Of a DNA stretch of 39,395 nucleotides, positions 26,988 to 34,126 are shown piece by piece. Numbering within the stretch: position 1 is the first letter of the stretch; each line of letters begins with the position of its first letter. The notes under the pieces were generated by a model, which had not been told where the DNA came from, did no database searches, and saw nothing but the letters and a program-made list of their open reading frames with translations. Where the stretch lies: NCBI GenBank assembly GCA_014383885.1, contig JACNGX010000038.1, forward strand, positions 1 to 39,395. Direction: 5' to 3'. The stretch is from Parcubacteria group bacterium (lineage in GTDB: Bacteria; Patescibacteriota; Minisyncoccia; Phycocordibacterales; JACNGX01). The position numbers were made by a program, and so were the translations under genes.

Positions 26988-28928
26988 TTATGCTTCTTTC
27001 TTCACCTCCTCTTTGTCTTTCTCATCTTTCAGTGCAATACCATGCGCGCGGAGAATCTCTTCATATTCTTTACGCTCAATGGTTTCTTTTTCAAGCAGAT
27101 ATTTCGTAATAGCTTCAAACGCATCTGTATTATCCTCAATCACCTCTTTTGCACGCGCAAGCGCTTCGGTGATGATGCGAGTAACCTCCTTATCAATCGT
27201 TGCCGCCACCTCATCGGAATATTCGCCTTCACTTTTCGTTGTCCCCAAGAAACGTTTCGCCGGGGCAGACTCAAATGCCACCGGGCCAATCAATTCAGAC
27301 ATGCCGTAGCGTCCCACCATATCGCGCGCAAGCGCTGTTGCCACTGCGAGGTCATGCGACGGTCCTGTGGTGATATCATCAAACACGCGAAGCTCGGCGG
27401 CATACCCACCAAGCGACACCGCAATCTCATCCAAAAACTCTTTGCGCGATTGGAGCTTGCGTTCTTCAATCGGAAGTTTCAGGGTGTAGCCGCCGGCATG
27501 CCCGAGCGCAATGATAGAAATTTTATGCACCGGATCAGCAAACGGCAAGACCGACGAGACAATCGCGTGTCCCGCTTCATGATAGGCGGTGATATTTTTT
27601 TCACGCTTGGAAATAATGCGGCTCTTACGTTCCGGACCAAGCATCACCTTCTCAATAGAGCGAATCAAATCAAATTGCGATACATGCTTTCTGTCTTCTC
27701 GCGCCGCGAGAATCGCCCCTTCATTCATAAGCGAGTAGAGATCGGCACCGGAAAATCCCGGAGTGCGCTCGGCAACAACCTTCAAATCCACATCTTCGGC
27801 AAGCGGCTTTCTCCGCGCATGAATGCCCAAAATTTCTTCTCTATCCGCTCTGTCGGGCAAATCAAGCACCACCCGGCGGTCAAAACGCCCGGGCCGGAGC
27901 AATGCCGGATCAAGTACGTCAGGGCGATTGGTCGCCGCCATCACAATCACCTTTTCTTGCGGCTCAAAACCATCCATCTCCACAAGAATTTGGTTTAAGG
28001 TTTGCTCGCGTTCGTCGTTGCCACCACCCATGCCGGCGCCGCGCGCGCGACCCACCGCATCAATCTCATCAATAAAAATAATTGCCGGCGCTGCCTTCTT
28101 CGCGAGTTTAAAAAGGTCGCGCACGCGGCTCGCACCCACGCCAACAAACATCTCCACAAATTCCGATCCGGAAATAATAAAGAATGGCACATTTGCCTCC
28201 CCCGCAACAGCGCGCGCAAGAAGTGTTTTTCCCGTTCCTGGAGCACCCATAAGCAGCACACCTTTCGGTACACGCGCACCGATGTCCAAAAACTTTTTCG
28301 GATTCTTCAAAAAATCAACGATTTCCGTTAGTTCTTCTTTTGCTTCCTTCACGCCCGCCACATCTTTGAAGCGTACCTTCTGGCTTTTGTCGTTGGGATC
28401 AATCACGCGCGCATTTGATTGTCCGAAAGAAAGTGCCTGCATGCCGGCACCTTTCGCCTGTCTCATCATAAACCAAATAATAAAGCCAATGAAAAAAAGC
28501 GGGAGAAGGAACGGCAAGAGATTGAGTGCCCAATACCCAAAACCACTCGGGTTTTTGATCTCGATAGCCACACTTGAAAGTGCTTCAGGGGTAACGCCAT
28601 AATTGCCGAGCGTTTCGGAGAGCGACGATTCTGTTTCTTTCTTAGACACCCGCTCAGACTCATCAGCAAGTGTGATCTTGAGTTCCTCACCCTCCACGGT
28701 GATTGCCACGATCTCACCGGAGGTGATGCCAGAGGCAAGTTCTGAGAGTGTCATTTCTTCAGGATCCTCAAAATTCCCGCTCAGAAATGAATAGAGGGTA
28801 AGAAGCACGGCAAAAATGAGTACCGTGCTCACGATATTGTTCAAAAATTGCGTACCTGTTGCGACCTTTTTTTTCGGACGCCCACGTTTTCCCTTTTTCG
28901 GTTTTTTGTTTTTAGGATTAGGAAACAT
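26988..28928 (-). CDS. ftsH: ATP-dependent zinc metalloprotease FtsH
   Basis: 646 aa with two N-terminal TM segments. It has the AAA+ Walker A motif [13 protein letters not shown], Walker [10 protein letters not shown], the SRH, and the HEAGH zinc site. The N-terminal extension is Lys-rich. Confidence 0.97.
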   Translation of the reverse strand: MFPNPKNKKPKKGKRGRPKKKVATGTQFLNNIVSTVLIFAVLLTLYSFLSGNFEDPEEMTLSELASGITSGEIVAITVEGEELKITLADESERVSKKETESSLSETLGNYGVTPEALSSVAIEIKNPSGFGYWALNLLPFLLPLFFIGFIIWFMMRQAKGAGMQALSFGQSNARVIDPNDKSQKVRFKDVAGVKEAKEELTEIVDFLKNPKKFLDIGARVPKGVLLMGAPGTGKTLLARAVAGEANVPFFIISGSEFVEMFVGVGASRVRDLFKLAKKAAPAIIFIDEIDAVGRARGAGMGGGNDEREQTLNQILVEMDGFEPQEKVIVMAATNRPDVLDPALLRPGRFDRRVVLDLPDRADREEILGIHARRKPLAEDVDLKVVAERTPGFSGADLYSLMNEGAILAAREDRKHVSQFDLIRSIEKVMLGPERKSRIISKREKNITAYHEAGHAIVSSVLPFADPVHKISIIALGHAGGYTLKLPIEERKLQSRKEFLDEIAVSLGGYAAELRVFDDITTGPSHDLAVATALARDMVGRYGMSELIGPVAFESAPAKRFLGTTKSEGEYSDEVAATIDKEVTRIITEALARAKEVIEDNTDAFEAITKYLLEKETIERKEYEEILRAHGIALKDEKDKEEVKKEA

Positions 28929-29103
28929 ATATACAGAGAGTTGTTAGTTTTTATTTGTTAGTACATCGCTTTATAGCGACATAAGTGCAGTAACGTCGGC
29001 TACCCCGACATAACCGACTCGTTCAGACTATAACTGTACCATAAAAATGGACATGAATAAAATAAATCGCTCTCGTCCATAAAAGGGTTGCGCACAAATC
29101 ACA

Positions 29104-29137
29104 CAAAAAAAATCCGCGCTGTGCATGCGCGCGGATT
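29104..29137 (-). terminator. Intrinsic terminator after the lipoprotein gene
   Basis: AATCCGCGC pairs with GCGCGGATT (9 bp). On the minus strand the stem is followed by an 8-nt T-run. It abuts the stop at 29139. Confidence 0.8.
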
Positions 29138-29138
29138 G

Positions 29139-29480
29139 TTAGTTTTCCTCATCCAGTTCCGCTCGCGCTTCGGCGAGAGAGCGAATGTACGGTCCTGAAA
29201 AATATCCTAGCGACTGACATGAGCCGTCGGGAAAATTTTTTTGCACAAGGACGAAGACATTCGTGTCCTCTGTAAGACAAACACGAAACCTCTCCGCCTG
29301 TTCTTCCACATCCAGAATCGCATCAAGAAAATCTGCATGCGATTCAGAGTGAATTTCCGCCGTTTCAGGAATATACACCGCAAGGTGATATTCCGAATGC
29401 GACGGGGCAGATTGCTCCTGTGTCGTCGCACATCCCGCCAGGATGAGCAACGTCATGAGCACGACAAAAGTTTTTTTCAC
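29139..29480 (-). CDS. Hypothetical lipoprotein
   Basis: 113 aa. It has a signal peptide with a lipobox (LLILAGC). The GTG start overlaps the TGA stop of the upstream gene (GTGA). Confidence 0.6.
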   Translation of the reverse strand: MKKTFVVLMTLLILAGCATTQEQSAPSHSEYHLAVYIPETAEIHSESHADFLDAILDVEEQAERFRVCLTEDTNVFVLVQKNFPDGSCQSLGYFSGPYIRSLAEARAELDEEN

Positions 29481-29863
29481 AGCATCTCCTTTTTTGCTTC
29501 CTTAAAAAAGGGCTTCCCATTAAACGGGTCATCCTTTTCAGGAAATTGTTTTCGGAATTTTTTGACCGCATCTAGCACGGCCAATTTGTAGGTTATGCCG
29601 AACCCTCGCACCAACTTTCCCTGCTGATGAAACAAAAGGGTGTGATATCTACCCTCTTTTATGTCATATCCCACAAGGACATAATCGGCGTTATTTTTAA
29701 CGTACCCAAGCGACACCCCGAACACTTGTCCGACAGGGCGTTTCTCTTTCTCCTTCTCCAAGAAGGCAAGGTGCTTCTGGAGATGAGCTCCATACCATAC
29801 ACCGGTGGCAAAGAGAAATACTACCACCAACACACCAGTAACCCCCAATGTGATTTTTTTCAT
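29477..29863 (-). CDS. Hypothetical membrane-anchored protein
   Basis: 128 aa. The N-terminal TM segment reads MKKITLGVTGVLVVVFLFATGVWY. It is translationally coupled to the lipoprotein gene. Confidence 0.6.
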   Translation of the reverse strand: MKKITLGVTGVLVVVFLFATGVWYGAHLQKHLAFLEKEKEKRPVGQVFGVSLGYVKNNADYVLVGYDIKEGRYHTLLFHQQGKLVRGFGITYKLAVLDAVKKFRKQFPEKDDPFNGKPFFKEAKKEML

Positions 29864-29984
29864 TTTCTCTTTTCTTTTTACAAGTTACGGAAATGTATTT
29901 ATGACTCAATGCTTTATACCATACATGATCCACATTTGGCAAACGTATCGCATGTATGATATTTTCTGGTATGATACTTTGTAT

Positions 29985-30428
29985 ATGGCACTCGTTCGCA
30001 ATAAAAAAGCCGGATTTGATTATGAGATATTGGAGAAGATGGAAGCGGGAATCTCCTTGCGCGGTTTTGAGGTGAAGGCACTCCGCAAGGGACAAGGGTC
30101 ACTTGAGGGTGCGCATGTGGTCGTCCGTGGTGGCGAAGCATTTGTCGTCGGTATGCATATTCCGCCCTATCAGGGTTCAAATACTCCCGACGACTACGAT
30201 CCCAACCGCACGCGCACACTTCTTCTTTCAAAAAAAGAACTTGCCCATATTGCCGAACACGAATCACAGAAGGGATTGACAATTGTGCCCATTTCAGTGT
30301 ATAATAAGAGTCGCCTTCTCAAGATGGAAATCGCTATTGCGCGCGGAAAGAAAAAACACGACAAGCGCGAGACGATTAAGAAGCGCGACATGGAGCTTGA
30401 TATGCGCCGTTCGTTGAAAGAAGAATAG
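29985..30428 (+). CDS. smpB: SsrA-binding protein SmpB
   Basis: 147 aa from ATG 29985. NKKAGFDYEILEKMEAGISLRGFEVK...GMHIPPY...RTRTLLLSKKE...KGLTIVPISVY are typical SmpB segments. The gene lies directly upstream of the tmRNA. Confidence 0.95.
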   Translation: MALVRNKKAGFDYEILEKMEAGISLRGFEVKALRKGQGSLEGAHVVVRGGEAFVVGMHIPPYQGSNTPDDYDPNRTRTLLLSKKELAHIAEHESQKGLTIVPISVYNKSRLLKMEIAIARGKKKHDKRETIKKRDMELDMRRSLKEE

Positions 30429-30610
30429 TGCATCCATAGATGCATGCCAAACGGTCTTTTCCGAAAAGTACACGAATGTTTTAGCCCAGCCCCACTTTCC
30501 TGTGAATATGTTTGTTCACCTATATTGCAGGAAGTGATTATTCATCTCTTACATACAAAAGTGTGCAGTGAAAGTGGGGCTGGATTCAAAATACGCTTCG
30601 TGTATTTCTC

Positions 30611-31062
30611 GGGGATGATCGGCTTCGACGTGTAATCGTGTGGGTTTGTGCAAAGACGAGCTGAGACAACTCGCAAAACTGTTTCAACCAATACGTGCAA
30701 ACACAATCGCACAAAAAGCGAAGGCAATCGTTTCTCCGTTTTACACAGCGAACGACTTCGCTTTCGCTCACGCCTAAATATATCCGACACCTTGTGTGTT
30801 TAGGATCCTGACGCGCTTTGCGCGAACGGTTGCCTGAGCGACGCTCGACCCCTGACATCTGATACGGGATTTCGAGTGTTATCCATCAGATTCCAACACA
30901 GCAACTATTTCCGAGCTGTGCCACGTTCAAGGGAATTGCGACAATACACTTCTTTGTTTGTTTGATGAGTGTGTTGATCAAAGATTTCCAAACAAACTAT
31001 TCTTTGTAGAGTCATTCACATACCTTGCATGGACGGGGGTTCAATTCCCCCCATCTCCACCA
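30611..31062 (+). ncRNA. ssrA: tmRNA (transfer-messenger RNA), one-piece
   Basis: The 5' end is GGGGATGATCGGCTTCGACG. The 3' end is GGACGGGGGTTCAATTCCCCCCATCTCCACCA, giving a T-arm GGGGG/TTCAATT/CCCCC. The 7-bp acceptor stem has a G3-U pair, discriminator A and an encoded CCA. It has an internal tag frame and sits next to smpB. Confidence 0.92.
30697..30777 (+). other. Probable tmRNA tag reading frame (ANTIAQKAKAIVSPFYTANDFAFAHA, stop TAA)
   Basis: An in-frame GCA AAC... opening (the same first two codons as the E. coli tag) runs to TAA at 30775-30777. The resume codon is uncertain, since an in-frame GCA also occurs at 30673. Confidence 0.55.
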
Positions 31063-31070
31063 ATATGTAC

Positions 31071-31102
31071 ACAAAGCACCGGCTTGCCCGGTGTTTTGTT
31101 TT
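31071..31102 (+). terminator. Intrinsic terminator of ssrA
   Basis: A 12-bp stem pairs 31071-31082 with 31088-31099 (one G-T) around the loop CTTGC. The U-run is TTTTGTTTTG. Confidence 0.8.
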
Positions 31103-31112
31103 GTACATATTC

Positions 31113-31277
31113 GGTGGAGATGGAGCGAGCCAACTGCTTGGCTCGCGTGGGGAATTGAAGCGCCGGAATATATCTCATGCTTGCGTGAGATTTGAGGCGC
31201 CGTCCAGGAGTACTTTACGGATTGCGAATACCTGGAGCAATCCGCTTAGTAACTCCGGGACATTCCCCCATCTCCAC
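31113..31277. repeat. ~165-bp unit bounded by inverted copies of the ssrA 3' end
   Basis: GGTGGAGATGG (31113-31123) and GGGGAATTGAA (31149-31159) are reverse complements of ssrA 31051-31061 and 31040-31050. ATTCCCCCATCTCCAC (31262-31277) is a direct copy of ssrA 31044-31060 with one C fewer. The interior contains several hairpins. Confidence 0.8.
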
Positions 31278-31291
31278 ATCTATAAAAACGA

Positions 31292-31315
31292 GCTCGCCTA
31301 AAGCGAGCCATTTTT
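31292..31315 (+). terminator. Second terminator-like hairpin (paralogous module)
   Basis: The hairpin GCTCGC-CTAAA-GCGAGC is followed by CATTTTT. It is flanked by CCATCTCCAC (31268-31277) and its degenerate inverted copy GTGGAGCATG (31320-31329). Confidence 0.55.
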
Positions 31316-31391
31316 GTATGTGGAGCATGATTAGTAACCGCGGGGTCAATCCCCATATATTCCTTGCCACCAACAGCATCCATGATATTAT

Positions 31392-31667
31392 ATGAAAAGA
31401 ATTTTTACTCATAAAAAATCTAACGCCATGCCTATTCCAAGGACATTTGAACAACCTCTTTCTTCTGAGGAGCAAGAAAAATTCAAGAAGAAACTCGCGG
31501 AAGAAGCAGAAGAACTTCAACGCGAAAAAGATGCTCTGGAAGAAGATGCGAGGTTTAAAAACCAGTCAGTTGGCTACCGGAAAGCGCATCATTTCCAGAC
31601 AGAAAAAACGGGCATTGTCCGAAAAGATCATCTCGGCAACCGCGCCCACAGTAGCCCGCAGAAATAA
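31392..31667 (+). CDS. Hypothetical small charged protein (91 aa)
   Basis: ATG lies at 31392, with an alternative at Met13. The sequence is Lys/Glu-rich and probably coiled-coil-like. The stop codon is embedded in a strong terminator. I see no recognisable family. Confidence 0.45.
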   Translation: MKRIFTHKKSNAMPIPRTFEQPLSSEEQEKFKKKLAEEAEELQREKDALEEDARFKNQSVGYRKAHHFQTEKTGIVRKDHLGNRAHSSPQK

Positions 31668-31694
31668 AACCGCCCAGTGGGCGGTTTTATTTCT
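31666..31694 (+). terminator. Intrinsic terminator
   Basis: AAAACCGCCC-AGTG-GGGCGGTTTT has a perfect 10-bp stem and is followed by ATTTC. Confidence 0.8.
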
Positions 31695-31697
31695 GAA

Positions 31698-31740
31698 GAA
31701 GCGCGGACGTTAGTCCGCGCTTCTTTCTTTTTAATTTTTT
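31698..31740 (+). terminator. Second tandem intrinsic terminator
   Basis: GAAGCGCGGAC-GTTA-GTCCGCGCTTC has a perfect 11-bp stem and is followed by TTTCTTTTTAATTTTTT. Confidence 0.8.
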
Positions 31741-31943
31741 GTGTGGTCTTTTCCCTTTTTGCTGTGCCCGTCAACGAGATTCCCGTTCAAGCCGGGAATG
31801 ACAGTGAAAATGATATCGTCTTTTTTATGTTTGGTCTTTTTCTTTTTTACCGTGCCCGACGAGCACCACACTTTTGATTTTTGAAACGATACAACGTGCT
31901 CAGTAATGCAATTATTGAAGATGTGCACGGTGTCTTAAACACA

Positions 31944-32816
31944 TCAGTGTGGTGCTCGTTTAGGGTCGTTTATCGTTTTCTTTCTCGCATATGCAAGCGC
32001 GCCGTGGAGACCACCGATGTCGCCAAGGGTAGCGAGGATGAGCGGTGGAAGTGAGGGCATCACGTCGCGGAGTTTGGCAAATTCACGCTCAACGGACACA
32101 AGCGGAATCTTCGGATCACCAATCATCATCATACCACCCAAGACAAAGACATCCGGTGACCACTGCAGATTGATATTGTGGAGTCCGATTGCTAGGTAAT
32201 AAGCGAGTTCGTCCCAGAGAGGATCCGTCTGCGGGATTTCATATGGTTTCTTACCAAAACGCTTCTCCACACCACTTCCCGATACCATGTCTTCCAAATC
32301 ATATGGTTTTTCTAAATTCTCATATATCGTCGCATCAGCATCAATAATCTGATGCCCAGGTTCAAATCCCAAAGCATGCTCATCAATATCACCCGAAACG
32401 ATGCGTGCGCCACCCACACCGGTCGACACCGTAATATACGCCACAATATCATTCCCTTTTCCAGCACCCACAACCGCCTCTCCCAAGCCGACAATCGCGG
32501 CGTCGTTTGCCACAAAGACCGGCGCGCCGAGTGCCTGAGAGAGTGTATCGGAAAACGGCTTGCCAATCCAATCGGCGGAAATGTTGGGAGCATCGATAAT
32601 CACTCCCTTTTCACTATCCACAATACCCGCAATACCGCCAGCAACACGCTCAATACTCTCACCTCCCGCAAATTCTTTCGCCGTAGCAATAAAAAGCTCC
32701 ATTGCATCATCAAACATTTCTGGGCGTGGCACAATACGCACATCATCGAGTGTGGTGCCATTGTGTGAACATGAGAGGCGCATTTTTGTGCCGCCAATGT
32801 CGAAGAGAATTATCAT
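31944..32816 (-). CDS. ROK-family glucokinase
   Basis: 290 aa. The N-terminus reads ILFDIGGTKMR. It has the ROK signature region VFVANDAAIVGLGE and lies in an operon context with pgi and the GH13 gene. Confidence 0.88.
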   Translation of the reverse strand: MIILFDIGGTKMRLSCSHNGTTLDDVRIVPRPEMFDDAMELFIATAKEFAGGESIERVAGGIAGIVDSEKGVIIDAPNISADWIGKPFSDTLSQALGAPVFVANDAAIVGLGEAVVGAGKGNDIVAYITVSTGVGGARIVSGDIDEHALGFEPGHQIIDADATIYENLEKPYDLEDMVSGSGVEKRFGKKPYEIPQTDPLWDELAYYLAIGLHNINLQWSPDVFVLGGMMMIGDPKIPLVSVEREFAKLRDVMPSLPPLILATLGDIGGLHGALAYARKKTINDPKRAPH

Positions 32817-32845
32817 ACGAGGAGATTAAAAAATAATGAGGATAT

Positions 32846-32868
32846 TAAAAACGCGACTTACGTCGCGT
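32846..32868 (-). terminator. Terminator-like hairpin between pgi and the ROK gene
   Basis: ACGCGAC-TTAC-GTCGCGT forms a 7-bp stem. On the minus strand it is followed by TTTTTAAT. Confidence 0.6.
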
Positions 32869-32879
32869 AGCACGCGAAA

Positions 32880-34124
32880 TTATGGCTGTGCCATAATTTC
32901 GCGTGCTTTTTCTTTGTATGCCTCAACGCCAGGCTGATTAAATGTGTTCACGTCAAAGAGATGTCCAAGAATCATAATCATGATCATTTGTTCACCCAAG
33001 AGTTCACCGATTGCCTCAGGTGTGATACCACCGGGTATGTGCGTTTCAATACATGACTTTCCTTTCGCTCTATAAGTATCCACAAACGCATCTTGAATCG
33101 CGTCGTGCATGTCGCCGAGCACTGTACCACTATACTCTCCCGAAGAAATAATGATATCAGCATCACGCGACGCGGAAAACACATGTGTTGTCGCTATATC
33201 GGGTCCGTCATAGAGATATTGCCCAAGCGCGTGGAGATCCTCGCTCCCCTTCATCACAATCGGTAAAAAACCTTTCCCGTCTTTTCCGACACTTTCAGCA
33301 AGAAGCGCTTGGTACCACACACCAAAAGCGTGCAGTCGTGCGTCAAACATAAAAAGAGAAAGTACACGCGTACCTGATTGATACGCTCCGTAGAGTTCCG
33401 CCGCGTATACGGAAACTTCACTCACCGTCTCTTCTTCTCTCCAAAGCTCAACAGCACCGCGCGCTCCTTCAAGGAGTGTGTCGGTGTTGATACCCACGCA
33501 CGCAAGCGGAAATATACCAACTGGCGTGAGAACAGAAAACCTTCCGCCAATATGTCGTGGGATGAAAAGCGTATGCCAGTCCTTTTTTTTCGCTTCTCCG
33601 GCAAGTACCGAATCGGCATCGGTAATGGCAACCATGCGCGTGTCGCATGCATCACCGAAACACTGCCGAAGTGTATCATGAATCACACGCAGTGCCACCA
33701 TTGTTTCAAGCGTCTGCCCGGATTTACTCACGACAACGCATACGACATCTTCTATACGCTCACATTCAAGCAACCGACCCACGACCAGCTGCACACGCTC
33801 CGGATCCGCCGACTCAACACAGAGAAGCTCCGTATCGGCGTGTCCGCGCAGTGCCTCATACACCGCTTTCGTTCCGAGAATTGAACCACCCGTTCCCACA
33901 ACCACGCACACCTTCATTCTTTGCTTGCGAAACTGTTTTGCGAGTTCCTGCGCATCGGCATAGGAGGGAAAAGCGATGACGGACTCAGGTATACTCATGT
34001 CGCTTGTCGTTGCTTTCTTCATTCTGTCTTCATACGAAACACATGTGCGCAGAAGCGTCTGTACTTCTTCCGAGACATTCCTCTCAGCGCGCGTATGGAT
34101 AAGTGTTGAACGATAGTGAGACAT
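32880..34124 (-). CDS. pgi: Glucose-6-phosphate isomerase (short bacterial/archaeal-size form)
   Basis: 414 aa. It carries the SIS-type motifs VSKSGQTLET and HIGGRFSVLTPVG, plus the C-terminal PGI signature FNQPGVEAYK. Confidence 0.92.
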   Translation of the reverse strand: MSHYRSTLIHTRAERNVSEEVQTLLRTCVSYEDRMKKATTSDMSIPESVIAFPSYADAQELAKQFRKQRMKVCVVVGTGGSILGTKAVYEALRGHADTELLCVESADPERVQLVVGRLLECERIEDVVCVVVSKSGQTLETMVALRVIHDTLRQCFGDACDTRMVAITDADSVLAGEAKKKDWHTLFIPRHIGGRFSVLTPVGIFPLACVGINTDTLLEGARGAVELWREEETVSEVSVYAAELYGAYQSGTRVLSLFMFDARLHAFGVWYQALLAESVGKDGKGFLPIVMKGSEDLHALGQYLYDGPDIATTHVFSASRDADIIISSGEYSGTVLGDMHDAIQDAFVDTYRAKGKSCIETHIPGGITPEAIGELLGEQMIMIMILGHLFDVNTFNQPGVEAYKEKAREIMAQP

Positions 34125-34126
34125 AA

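Noticed and set aside
27042-28602. Long plus-strand ORFs of 318 aa and 259 aa (27042-27998 and 27823-28602) antisense to ftsH. Similar ORFs of 100-230 aa lie antisense to ppsA, secA, glmS, the glycerate kinase gene, the Wzy-like gene and the GT genes.
   Set aside because: They lie wholly inside genes with unmistakable homology on the other strand. Their translations are low-complexity (Arg/Ser/Phe-rich) with no recognisable motifs. This is typical shadow-ORF behaviour.
31113-31277. A second tmRNA, 6S RNA, SRP RNA or RNase P RNA in the 165-nt structured unit.
   Set aside because: There is no G3-U acceptor pair, no local T-arm and no plausible tag frame (the only short frame ends ...EYLEQSA). 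I saw none of the conserved SRP motifs or the RNase P motif GAGGAAAGTCC. The structure was judged by eye only.
31341-31372. A possible tRNA gene suggested by T-arm-like hairpins and CCACCA ends (31342-31372, and also 31779-31799).
   Set aside because: No complementary 5' acceptor strand, D-arm or anticodon arm can be placed at tRNA distances. At 31355-31366 the spacing between the T-stem and CCA is too long. They are interpreted as ssrA-derived fragments or a chance T-loop-like hairpin.
30444-31520. Several 60-100-aa ORFs on both strands across the tmRNA gene and its downstream repeats (30444-30635, 30542-30790, 30586-30858, 30958-31158, 31029-31301, 31192-31395, 31215-31520).
   Set aside because: They overlap a confidently identified structured RNA and its repeat debris. 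They show no protein-like features.
31731-31928. A 65-aa minus-strand ORF downstream of the ROK gene, considered as a real small protein gene.
   Set aside because: It has a GTG start, and it spans two strong hairpin terminators in antisense. Its Lys-rich repeats simply mirror T-rich direct repeats. It is mentioned under the region finding but not annotated as a CDS.
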